Assembly: GCF_020745735.1 (NCBI RefSeq)
Contig: NC_083427.1
Span: 3,069,438 to 3,133,437, forward strand
Direction of reading: 5' to 3'
DNA length: 64,000 nt
From: Hemiscyllium ocellatum
Lineage: Eukaryota
In this document: piece after piece, positions 24,337 to 37,269 of the stretch
Position numbering within the stretch: position 1 is the first letter of the stretch
Layout: every line of letters begins with the position of its first letter
Notes under the pieces: model-generated
Database searches by the model: none
Seen by the model: only the letters and a program-made list of their open reading frames with translations
What the model was told of the DNA's origin: nothing
Program-made: the position numbers and the translations under genes

Positions 24337-24406
24337 CAGGAACAGCGATTGCTGCAAGAGTTGTGTAATAAATTGCATATACCAGGCCTCTTGGTGGAGC
24401 ATGTAT
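24337..24406 (-). pseudogene. GPR139-like GPCR pseudogene, exon 1 (start codon ATA instead of ATG)
   Basis: ATA CAT GCT CCA... = (I)HAPPRGLVYAIYYTTLAAIAVP + G, then donor |gtaaag (GT at 24336-24335). The phase-1 join G+CT restores ...AVP-A-NLVAIVIL in frame with exon 2. Confidence 0.85.
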
Positions 24407-25639
24407 TTTCTAACGAGAAATGAAGAAGTCTCTTTGAAGTGCCACAAATGTACCAACCGGAGGATTCTTTACTATAGCGAATGTTAAATTCCAAGAGACA
24501 TCATTAATTTTACTCATAGTCACTGAACAAAATAAGTTAGGTGACATCTCCATATGCATTGCTAAAATTCATTGGGGAAACAAGTTGCAGTGACTGTTTT
24601 TATCTTTATCTCTGAACTGCTGCATGCATCGCAGCACTTAAAGTAATTGCTGGCAGAAAAGCTCTGATCTGGCTAATAGCTGGCACAAACCTTTGTATGA
24701 TGGATTGCATCTGCTTTCTCTTCTCTGAAGTGACCATGAAAAAAAACAATCCGTACTATCAATCAGTTCGAAAAGATTAAAAGAAACCACCATGGAAACA
24801 GTCAGGGGCTGATGAAAGTACAATGGACACAGACAATGTATTTTCTCCACTATGCAGAGTCTGGCATCGAAGCTTAGAGAGCTGCCCACACATTGGGGTC
24901 GCAAAAAAATGTACATAGGCATTCCTTTAGAGTAACAGAACGAACTGAAAATCAAAACTCCTCCAGCTCTATCCGTGGATAATTTTTGTATCACTAATGT
25001 AGTAAACCTATCAGATTTGTGAATGCAGCCGCATATATTCAGGAATTCAAAGTCTTCAGTGTTGACTGCGCTCGTTATTAAAACCCAGAGCTTCAAATTA
25101 AACAGGTTTATGAACCTTTACTGGTAACACCACGAACACTATCGAATGTCAAACGCCGATTCATTATATAATGTCATCTAATATAGATACTTCGCTGATT
25201 TCAAATTATTTGTTGAAAGAAATGAGGGAGCAGAATGAGTCGACTATTCAGTGCAACGAATTTTGCATTGTCAAAGAATGATTTGCTACTGTTACCAATG
25301 ATGGGTCAAACGAGTCATGAATGGCATAACAATAATTCTGCTTGTCACAGCCATAGGAATAATCAATTTGAGATTATTCAATAACACACACTTGAACTCT
25401 CATTTCTCCATTTTAACATTTATGTAAATTGACAAATCTCTCCATGTACACCATTGCATTTTTGCCATTTACTGCCATCTCTTTTCTTTTTGTAGTTCCT
25501 ATTGTTTAATGGGAATTCCCAATGGTTTGGTTTTGGCAGTCTGGATGTTCACTGAAAGCAGTCAGTCTGTTTTGAGTTTGTTCATCCAAGAAAGAGCTAC
25601 GTGGAAGAAGGTGTTCCGTGCTGATTCAAGGATCAATGT

Positions 25640-28600
25640 ACTTGGACACCGAGATCTCTCTGCTCATCTAGACTACCAAGAATCTTACAATTAGCCCAGT
25701 ACTTTGCATTCTGGTTACTCTGACCAAAGTGAATCCCCTCACACTTGTCCACATTAAACTCCATTTGCCACCTCTCAGCCCAGCTCTGCAGCTTATCTAT
25801 GTCTCTCTGTAACCTACAAAATCCTTCGTCACTATCCACAACTCCACCGACCTTAGTGTCGTCTGCAAATTTACTCACCCACCCTTCTGCACCCTCATCC
25901 AGATCGTTTATAAAAATGACGAACAGCAGTAGACCCAACACCGACCGATGCGGTACACCACTAGCAACTGGACTCCAGGATGATCATTTTCCATCAACCA
26001 CCACTCTCTGTCTTCTTTCAGCAAGCCATTTACTGATCCAAGCTGTTATATCTCCCACAATCCCATTCGTCCGCAGTTTGTACAATAGCCTACTGTGGGG
26101 AACCTTATCGAACGCCTTGCAGAAATCCATATACACTACATCAACCGGTTTACTCTCAACTACCTATTTGGTCACCTTCTCAAAGAACTCAGTAAAGTTT
26201 GTGAGGCACGACCTACCCTTCACAAAACCGTGCCGACTATCCCTAATCAAATTATTCTTTTCTAGATTATTATAAATCCTATCTCTGATAACCTTTTCCA
26301 ACACTTTACCAACAAGTGAAGTAAGGCTCACTGGTCTATAATTACCAGGGTTGTGTCTACGCCCCTTCTCGAACAGGGGAGCCACATTTAGTATCCTCCA
26401 GTCTTCTGGCACTATTCCTGTAGACAATGACGATTTAAAGATCAATGTCAAAGGCTCGGCAATCTCTTCCCTGGCTTCCCAGAGGATCCTAGGTTAAATC
26501 CCATCTGGCCCAGGGGACCTATCCATTTTCACGCTCTGCAGGATTTCTAATACCTCTTCCTTGTGAACCTCAATCCCACCTAGTCTAGTAGCCTGTATCT
26601 CAGTATTCTCCTCCACAACATTGTCGTTTTCTAGAGTGAATACTGTCGAAAGATATTCGTTTAGTAATTCCCATATCTCCTCTGACTCCACACGCAACTT
26701 TCCATTACTACCCTTGGTTGGCCCTAATCTTACTCTCGTCATTCTTTTATTCCTTAAATACCTACAAAAAGCCTTAGGGTTTACCCTGATCCTGTCCGCC
26801 AACGAATACTTGTATCTTCTCTTGGTTCTTTTGAACTCTCTTTTTAGGTCTTTTCTGGCTACCTTGTAATCCTCAAGCGCCTGAATTGAGCTTTCACATC
26901 TCATCCTAACATAAACCTTCTTCTTCCTCTTGACCAGAGATTCCACTTCCATCGTAAACCACGGCTCCCACGCTCTACAGTTTCTTCCCTGCCCGACAGG
27001 AACATACTTATGTAGGACACTCAGGAGCTTTTCCTTGAATAAGTCCACATTTCTAATGCGCCCATCCCCTGCAGTTTCCTTTCCCATCGTATGCTTCCTA
27101 AATCTTGCCTAATCGCTTCGGAGTTGCCTTTCCCCCAGCTGTAACTCTTGCCCAGTGGTATACGCCTATCCCTTTCTATCACTAAAGTAAACATAACAGA
27201 ATTGTGATCGCTATCACCAAAGTGCTCACCTACTTCCAAGTCTAACACCTGGCCTGGCTCATTACCCAGAACCAAATCTAATGTAGCTTCACTCCTTGTT
27301 GGCCTATCTACATACTGTGTCAGGAAACCCTCCTGCACACACTGGACAAAAAAAAACATCAACAGTACTCGTACTATTGTGTTCCCTGTCAATATTTGGA
27401 AAGTTGAAGTCCCCTATGACAACTACCCTGTCTCTCTCACTCTTTTCGAGAATCATCTTTTCTATCCTTTCCTCTACATCTCTGGAACTATTCCGAGGCC
27501 TATAGAAAACTCCCAACAGGGTGACCTCTCCTTTGTTGTTTCTACCCTCAGCCCACTCTACCTCAGTTGACGAGTCCCCAAATATCCTTTCTGCAACAGC
27601 AATACTGTCCTTGACCAGCAATGCCACACCTCCCCCTCTTTTACCATCTTTTCTGTTCTTACTGAAACATCTAAATTCTGGAACCTGCAACAACCATTCT
27701 TGTCCTGGCTTTACCGTGTCTCCGAAATGGCCACAACATCGAAGTCCCAGGTACCAACTCATGCTGCAAGTTCATCCACCTTATTCCGGATGCTCCTGGT
27801 GTTGAAGGAGACACACTTCAAACCAACTTCTTGCTTGCTGGTGCCATTCTTGCCTCTCTGAAACTTGATTTTGGACCTCCCTATCCTCCACCTTTTCTGT
27901 ATTCAAACAAGAATTTTGGTTCCCATTCCCCTGCTGGATTAGTTTAAACCCACCCCAGTAGCCTTAGCGAATTTTCCCCCAGGATATTGGTACCCCTCTG
28001 GTTCAGATGAAAACCATCCTGCTTGTAGTGGTCCCACCTACCCCAGAAAGAGCCGCAATTAACCAAGAATCCAAAACCCTCCCTCTTGCACCATGCCTGT
28101 AGCCACGTGTCCATCTCCTCTATTCCTCGCCTCACTAGCAAGTGGCACGGGCAACAAACCAGAGACAACAACTCTGTTCGTCCTAGCTCTAAGCTTCCAT
28201 CTTAGCTCCCTGAATTTCTGCCTTAAATCCCGATCTCTCTTCCTACCTAGTCGTTGGTGCCTGCGTGGACCACGACTTGGGTCTTCTCCCCCTCCCCCTT
28301 CAGGATCCCAAATACACGAACCCTGGCACCTGGGAGGCAACACACCAACTGTGAGTCTCTCTCGTCCCCACAGAACCTCCTATCTCTCCCCCTAACTATG
28401 GAGTCCCCAATGACTACTGCTCTGCTCCTCTTCCCTTCTGAGCAGCAGAGACAGACTCTGTGCCAGAGCCCTGTGCCCCACTGCTTTCCTCTGGTAAGTC
28501 GTCCTCCCAACAGTATGCAAAACGGTATAGTTATTGTTGAGGGGAATGGCCACAGGGGATCCTTGCACTGCCTGCCGTTTCCCTTTCCGTCCACTGACTG

Positions 28601-29060
28601 TAACACATCTGCCTTTTTCTTGTACCTGAGGAGAGACTACCTCCCTGTAACTCCTCTCAATAAACCCCTCTGCCTCCCGAATGATCCGAAGTTCATCCAG
28701 CTCGAGATCCAGTTCCCTAATGCGGTTTTCGAGGAGCTGGAGTTGGGTGCACTTCCCGCAGTTGTAGTCAGCAGGGACACTAATGGTGACCCTTACCTCC
28801 GAAATTCTGCAGGAGGAACATTCAACTGCCCTCACCTCCATTCCCACGATTCTAAATTCCCAAAGAGACTGTTGAAAAAATAAGGAATAAAAGATAAACT
28901 CGTTACCTTTCCAATCTGGTATACAGAAGTATTTTTTGTGAAGAGGAAGAGGATGGGTGGGAGACACTACCCGAGTAGAGTTTTGGATAGCGCAACCACA
29001 CAAATATATGACTTCCCAGAAGTCCTTCGCTCTTCCCTCGCACTTCTCAACATATGGAGG
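25640..29060 (-). mobile_element. Near full-length CR1 LINE lacking the 3' end: ORF1 (CxxC-CxxC, coiled coil, SGNH esterase) and ORF2 (APE endonuclease, RT)
   Basis: ECSSC..CGKCTQLQLLENRIRELDLEL (28392-29003); VVIGDSIVRG, HAGTND, DGFHLN; GDFNFPNID (27304-27762); HGFVKGRSCLTN (26164-26451); FADD (25633-25941). Multiple frameshifts. Confidence 0.95.
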
Positions 29061-32000
29061 CCCGACTCGCGAGGTCAGTCCCTATTAATGCAGGAAAACT
29101 CACCCTTCCCTTCAGCCCTCGCTTCACCACTCGTTCTTTCCTTTCCGCTCTGGCAAAATTCAGTATGATTGACTGTTCTCCACTGATATGCAAATGTAAG
29201 ACTCGCCCCTACTCCCATATATTCATGGGTGATGTCAATCTCAATGAAATTGTTGTACTGGTTGCACTGGTGCAGCATTGTTCCATTACTCTCTTTATCG
29301 CTGCCCAGCACGACTGCTCTGGGCAGTGCACAATGCAATTACATTCACTTTCTGTGTCCCGGAATCACATACAGCCTCACAGAAAGATGATCGAGGCATC
29401 AAGCATAGTGAAAAAGGCTCAGGTATATTGAGTGCTTATATACTTCTGTTTCTTGCTCATCTCCCTGATTTTATTGGTTACACGGATCCCCAGACCCACT
29501 CTGCAGCAGATAATGTGCCAGTGCAAACAAACTTTCAAAACTTGCCACCTCCTACTTTAAGTAAAAAAGCAGAAACTGTCTACCAATTCCATCTGACAAT
29601 AAATGACTTTTTAAAGAATTACGTTTTCCTTCGCCTGCAGGACATCGAGTGTCATTATATTTTTGAACAGCCTGACCTCACATTACAATCTAACATGTAT
29701 CAGGTGTCAGTTCACATGAAATTTTCCATACTCTGATGATGAATTTCATCATATAATTGGGTACTTTGAAAAACTCGTCATTTGAAGTATTAATCAAGGT
29801 CAAGAAACGGCGATCACTGAGCACATGCGCACATGTCTTCTACAATTTTCCAGCTATGAGAGAATGTAGCCATGACTTTTCGGTTGGATGAGGTGGGCTT
29901 ATTTGCTTTATGAAAAACTAAATTGGCTGCCAGTTGGAGAGAGGTATATAACTTGTTTTAGCTAAGGTGTAAAAGTAATTAGTTGCATTCATACATCGTA
30001 CAGAGATGCAGATTTAACCTCGGCTGGGTTTCTGTTTAATACAGAAAATTGCACTGTTCTGGATCTGCATGTCATGAAAATGCTGGAACCGGAGATATGT
30101 GAACGTATAAAATGGATATTAGACCAGGTTTGCAGGAAATCAATTTCAAATCATATAGGTAGTCATTGAGGGAATTAGAGGAAGTTCAATTCTCGTTGAT
30201 GGCACATATTCGTATGTAGAACAGCCTGTTCTTGCTCCTAGCTGATTTTTTAATGCCTTGTATTCCATTTCGCAATTTTGGCTTTCTGCAGGCGTTATAT
30301 CTCCAAGCTTGAACATTATGTAAAAATGTGCATGAATGGTTGTGATGATGGACTACTTCAAGCAAATCTAAAAGTATCAAGAAGTTGAATTCATAGCATG
30401 AAGATTATATGTATATGACACAGAGCATTACCATCTGTGCATTGAGGGAAACATTAGACGTTCGTACACATTTGAGACAAAAGATGTTCAAAATGTGGAG
30501 AAACGAAAGATTGTGACCTTCTGTGTGAAGATCTTTGAACATCCATGAAGAGACTTGTACAGCAATAGCAAAAGCAAACGATCAGTGTAAGTGTGCCCCA
30601 CATATGAAGATCCATGCTGACAAAGGATATGGGTTCTCCTTTCGACAATGAGAGATTGGTAGAATTGGACTTTGTGCTGAATGGCCTGAGGCACTGGTTC
30701 ACAAGCTGAAATATTGCATAAATAAGTCATAAGCTTAGATTCACTTCCGACTTACAAACCCTGATATTTGTGATTATGTGTTGGTCCAGCTGCAATAGAT
30801 TTGCTATCAAAACAACATTGAAATTTCCATACCTGGAGATGAAACCAAGAATTTTCCACAAACATCATAAAAATTGTAATTCACACGCAATTTCAATGTA
30901 CACCTCGTTTGCATATGTGGCAATCTGTCAGTTTACTGCAATAATGTTGTAGCGATGTTTGACTCTCCCTCTTTAGCTATCTATCTATCTACCTATCTAG
31001 CCACCTATTTACCTTTATATCTATGTTTCCACCTATTAATATATTTAGATATCTATTTATCTACCTTCACTTGTCTAGTCCTACATGGAAGTTTAACTGC
31101 ACATAAAACCATTATGCCGCCTGTTTATTTTCTGTAATTAGCCAAACATCTTCAAAAAAATTTAGTTTATTGTAATTGCATGACCTCGGCTCAAAGTGTT
31201 AAAACGACAAAACGAATGTTTTGTCTTCATCATCAATGAGACTGCGACTCGGAACTATTCATAATTTGCTTCAGGATAAGACAGTTATGTAGTCTCTTGT
31301 TGTTATCTGTCCATATCATTGTTAACGCATCACAATGACAATCGATTTGGACCATTGCTCTAAAGTAGGTACTATAGCAGTTGCTTATTTTATCCAGATT
31401 TAACATTGGAAAAAGGGTGCCTGATGAACTGTACATCAGATGGTCTATGCAATCAAACCAAATATTCCCATGTATAGTGACGCAATAATGTCTGGCAGAA
31501 GTACTGTATTGAAAGAAACAAATCACGGAGTTACAGATTTATTACAGTGCAGAAGGAGCCCATTCCTCCCAAAGTCCATGCAGGTTGTAATATGCAGTGC
31601 CAATTTCATGCGTTTTCTTTCATAAACCTGCACGCAAAAATTATCCAAACAAAGTCTATCCAATGTCGTCTTGAATGCTTCAGTTGAACTTAGTCCGACC
31701 ACATTTTTAGACAATGAATTCCGTACACTAAAAACTCACAGTGTGCACAAAGCTTTTCTTTCTCGCAAGATCCTTCCTTTGCTTAGGTATCAATTTAAAC
31801 TAATAGTACGCAAGGTGGAGAATCGATTTTTCCACACGCTCCAGTTATGACTTAACCTTACAAAAGCTTAGAAATCCTGATATTCGGCAACGATGCCACT
31901 GTAGTCTATTGACCCAGCTGCAATGGATCTGAGTGTCAATACAACACTGGAATTTCCATAGTTGGCGCCAAGAATTTTACATCCATATCACATAAACTGC

Positions 32001-32514
32001 AATGAATGTGCAAATTTCTAGACTGTTCCATTTACATTTTTAAACATCTGTCAGTTTGCTGCATTAGTATATGCCAAATCAGAACTCGGCCTCTCTCTCC
32101 ACCTATCTCCCTATCTAGCTGCCTATCTGTCCATCTATTTATCTACCTATATATCATAACTTCCCCATGCCCATTTTGAAACCTCATTGACATATAAAGT
32201 CATCCTGCCAACCATTTGTCTTTTTTATCAGCAACCAAACTTGATACACAAAAGAACACCATAATTTTGTGTGATTGTACTAAGTCCACTCAAACATTAG
32301 TAGAAACGGTGAATATATTTGGTCCTCACCATAATATAAATGGCGATAAATCAAGTAGGTTTATAAGACCTTTGATTTGGAACTGTTCATTATTTCCTTC
32401 ATGATAAGACTTTTAAGTCATTTCTTGCTGTCTTCCATCTCTACTATTTTAATGCCTCGCTGTCAGAATCTAACAGCTAGAAGGCTGGAATATGACCTTA
32501 GCAGTGAGATTTGG

Positions 32515-34660
32515 AGCGTTTCAAAAGAGGATGTCCATAAGACATAGAGCAGAAATTAGGCGATTCGGCCCTTCAAGTCTGCTCTACCATTCAATTGTGG
32601 CTAACAGGATTTTTCCACATTTTCACGCTTTCCCCCCATAACTTTTCATCCCCTTGGCAATCAAGAACTCATTTATCTCTGCTTTAAATGTGCTCAATGA
32701 CCTTGCCTCCACAGCCTTGCGTGGCAATTAATTTCACAGGTTCATCACTTTCTAGCTGAAGATGTTTCTACTTTGCTCTTAGGATGTGCCTTCATGTCCT
32801 GCTCTCTCTTGCCAATGTAAACATCCTCCCAACTTCCACACTGTCCAGGCCATTCAGTATTCCTAATATTTCAAACAGATCCCCCTCATCCTTCTAAGCA
32901 CTATCGAGAATAGTCCCAGAGTCTTCAAAGATTCTTCATATATCAAGACTTTCATTCCTGGAATCATTCTCGTGAGTCTCCTCTGGACCCGCTCCAGGGC
33001 CAATACCTCTTTACTTATTATGAAGCATAAAATAGTTCACAATGCTCTAAATGTGGCCTGCCCAACGCCTTATAAATCCTCCGAAGTATTTCCCAGCTTT
33101 TATATTCTCGTTCTCCCGAGATGAACGATAAGATTGCATTTACCTTCCGAACTACCAGCTCAACCAGCAAGTTTGCCTGAAGAGAAACCTGGACGAGGAA
33201 TGTCAACTCCGATTTCTGAAATTACTCACCATGTAGGAAATAATCTATGCCTCTATTCTTCCTACCAAAATTCATGACCTCACACGTTCCCACGTTTTGC
33301 ATCATTTGCAAATTATTGCTCACTCCAAAACTACCTGAATCTTTCATCAGACTCCTGACCTTTTCAAAGCTACCTGCCCCTACGCTTACCTTGCATCATC
33401 CGTATCCTGAGCGAGAATTCTCTCAGTTCCTGCAGCAAATAATTAATGTAGAAATTGAAATGTTGTTTTCACAAAACTAACCCTTCTGGAACAGGAACTG
33501 TCACTGGCTTCCATCCTGAAAAGGACTCTTTTTATCCCTCACAGTCTGCCTTCTTCCATGCAGTGAATCTTCTCTCCTCACTCGCACCTGGTCTCTAAAA
33601 CCACTGGCCCTTATTTTATTCAACTGCTTCCTGTGCATCACCTCATCAAAGGACTTATCGAAGTCCAAATAGATAGCATCCATTGACACTCCTTGGTCAA
33701 TCCCGTTCTTTACCGCCTCAATGAATTCTAACAGATTCGCCAGGCATGACTTCCCCGATGAACCTCTGCTGATGTCGCTTTTTTATGATTCACTTCTAAA
33801 TATTCAGAAATCTCATTCTTCACAATGGACACCAGAATCCAATGACTGAGATCAGACTAATCAGCTGATAAATTCCCATCTTTTGTCCTGCTTCTTTCTT
33901 AAGTGGGGACGATTTTCTAGTCCTCTACGATCCTCCCTTACTCCAGTAATACCTGAAAGATCACTACAGAAGCCTCCATGATCTCTTTAGCTATCTTCTT
34001 CAAAATTCCAGGGCGGAGTTCATCTCATTCAGCAGTTTATCCACTTTCAGACTTTTCAGTGTTTCTAACACTTCCTCCGCATTGATGTCCACATTACTCA
34101 TCTCAGCTCCATCACTCGCTTGAATTTTTAGAATATTAATTTCGTCTTCACTGTAAAGCTGGACGCAAAGTACGTGTTCGGTTCCTCAGACATTTCTTTG
34201 TTCCCCATTATGACTTCTCAAACATCATTTTCCAGTGGCCCGATGTTCACTTTTGCCTTTATATGTCTATAGAAACTCTTGCAATATTTCCTCGTATTAA
34301 CAGCTAGTTTACACTCGTATTTAATCTTCTACCTCTTTTTTTCATTCTTCGATGTCCTCTGTTCGTCTTCGTTGATTTCCCAATCCTTTGGCTTCCCACT
34401 GCACTTCGCCACCTTACATGCTTCCTCCTTTGTTTTTATGTTGTGTTTGACTTTCCTCGCAAATTATTTTTCTGGTGATTCACTAGCAAGCTAATTTTCC
34501 CATCCCCCTGCATATTGAAACCCCCATGTTCACTGTAACCTTGCCATTCTTATACGCCTTTTTTTTGTCTCTTGGTGTTTCTTGTTCTCCAAATGTTTGG
34601 AGACCTGTACATAACTCCCATTATGAATTTCTTACCTTTGCGTTCCTCAACTCTACCCAC
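32515..34660 (-). mobile_element. Old decayed CR1 LINE (ORF2 3' half and tail)
   Basis: YKALGRPHLEHC (33018-33206), DAIYLDFDKSFDEV (33501-33689); tail ctctatgtcttatgg at about 32515-32530. Confidence 0.85.
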
Positions 34661-37052
34661 CCAGATTCTACATCATCTGAACTTACGATGATTATTGCTA
34701 TAAATTCAATTTTTTTTTACTAACAAGGCAATGAATTGTCTATTCTATGCTCACTTATTACATAAGAAACTGCACGACATGACTTATACATCATATCACC
34801 TGATCTAGCAGATTGACTAAATCTTGCCAAGTACATTTAGACAATAATGCGTAGTACAGAAGGAGATAATGTATCTGAATAGGCTCTATTTTCAGGGGCT
34901 AATCTCTTGTCTACATTCCCTGCTTTCTTGAATGCGTCAAGTGATCCTGCTTCCCCCACATTTCCGAGCAGTGCAATTGATATCCTGACTAGTTTCTGTG
35001 TGAACCATTTTTTTTCTGTCACACGACATTTGCACATCATTTTACATTAATAAAATGCGAGATGCAAGGACAAATTATGCCATCTCAGTACAAGATATAA
35101 TTTAGCTGAACTTCCAAATCATCTTTGCCGAGCAGCATTCGAAATTCATTCCAGGTGAAAAAATGGTCTTAGCTGTCATTGTGAAAAGTCATCTGAGTTC
35201 AACTTGCAATATGCTTGAGTAATAATGCCTTTCACGTCAAGTTTAGAAAGAGACGGATTGTCCACAGAGGTGGTGACATCAAATGTTTGGACTTGTCGGA
35301 ATGATAGAAGGATGCATTCGGAATAATTGACTTATATGCAGAATTAAGCTGATTTGAAAAGTACAGTACTTCCTCAGTTCAAATTTTGTGCATCATTTGA
35401 AGTTATTCAGGATGCATTCTCTTCAAATTCAATGAAAAAGAGTTACTTTGAATCCTCTTCATATTGGAGTTTGGTGTTCATCCGTTCTCACGAAGTGCAG
35501 CAACACAGTCCCAACTGAAAGTTGGGAGACATGAATTTGTATAGTGAAAAATTAAGAACGCCAGCGAAGGAAGAGAGAACTTAGGTATAAACCTAGTCTC
35601 AGCGTTATATTAGTGAAATCCATAGAGCCAATACAATGGATCTTTCAGTTCGTTAATTCCAATCTGCAGTTCTAGCATGAGATGGGCCAAAGTAGATAAG
35701 AGGGAAGAACCATATTTTCCAGGATACTTTCAAATGTTTCTTCTTAGCTCCATGTAACTATTTCCACTTCTAAATTATGTTAACATTGTTTCCTGCCAGC
35801 ATAAAGAATATTATTAGATCTGTGGTGGCAAGAAAATAAAATTGCTAAAACAAGCAGAATGGTCTTTACTCACTAGACACAGTGTTTCATACAAGTCCAG
35901 AGGACATTGTTGTTCTCGACCTCAAAAATCAATAACAGTTCGTTATATACAAAAGAAGACTACTATTGTCTTATATCCGAATGATTTAGAATTCACCATT
36001 TATTCCTTCTTTCACTGGATGATGGTTTTGTTGGCAAGACCAGCCCTTGTATGCTATTCTTAATTTCCTGTGAAATCTGTGGTTTCTTGATTATTTTAGG
36101 GAACAGTTATATGTCATTCACACGTCTGCTGAACTGGGACAGGTCAAACTCAGGGATGATGTTCGATTTTTTTTCTGACAAAGTTTTTTAGTGAATCAGG
36201 TGGGGTTTTCACAATCACTGACAGTGGCTCTATTCTGTCGGATTTGAGAACATTTAATTAATTGTAAATGAATTTCATCAGCAAAGGTGGCGGGTTTTCA
36301 ATTTCAGTGATGAATGCATTTGCTTCGGCCTTTGTACTTCTCATCAGTGTCATCATTTGCCATTCTTTGCACCTAATGCCTGACAATGATTAGAAACAGG
36401 GAATCGATGATAACCAACAAACTGCTGATAATTAAGTTAAGCAAAATCTCAGACGTTTATAAACTATCCTTCTATTGTGTGATCCGTACCACGCAATCGA
36501 GTTTTCAGTGATACCTGAACCAATAATAAGCTAAGAGAGCAGAGAAAGACGAATTTTTAATCTTCTTGAATGTTTCAATCTAATCGCTAAACCGAGTCTT
36601 TCATTTCCACTTTGGTAACTTGCCTATACATCCTGGTAACATCAGTATGGCGAATTTAAATATGAAACGTGTTAAAATGTCAATCAATAAATGCGATCTG
36701 AAGAAAGAAATATGGAGATATCTTGTTCAATGACATTTCAGACAGCGATGCAAAATTGTTCTCTGTTGTGTTCACAGTGGGGTTCTCCAGCATACCACTG
36801 CTACTTCACTCATTATATCCAGGGCGAATCTTCCTATTGAAGCTCTGAATGCCACTCATGGGAAAGATATCCGCCGTGACAGGCTGCAGAGCTAAACAGA
36901 TTAAGCAGGAAGCAGAATCTTGAAAATGAACAGATGATAAATAAAGTTATTGAAGAATTTGAAGCTAAAATATGTTAGAGGTATTACTGACTATTGCATT
37001 AACATCTCTCCGATGTATAACATGTGTGCATGTGTCTCTAATATTATATGCA

Positions 37053-37265
37053 TGTTATGAACCAGACCACACCCCTCAAAGAAATGAAGCCTTGACGCTA
37101 TGCGTAACTTATCTTAAAGGTACATGTGAAGTGCAATGTTCCAGATGCACAGCAACTAGTCAAATTACTCGAAGTTAAGCAAACCACAATGTGTTTCAAC
37201 GCTATGGTTAAAATACAAACAATACAAACAGGAATTTAGAATAACTTTATTACTTGAAAACTTAA
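37053..37265 (-). mobile_element. Solo LTR fragment of the family at 1281
   Basis: TGTTATGAACCAGACCACACCCCTCAAA, aaaggtacatgtgaagtgcaatgttccagat and ggaatttagaataactt match 1281-1470 in order. Confidence 0.75.
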
Positions 37266-37269
37266 CCAA

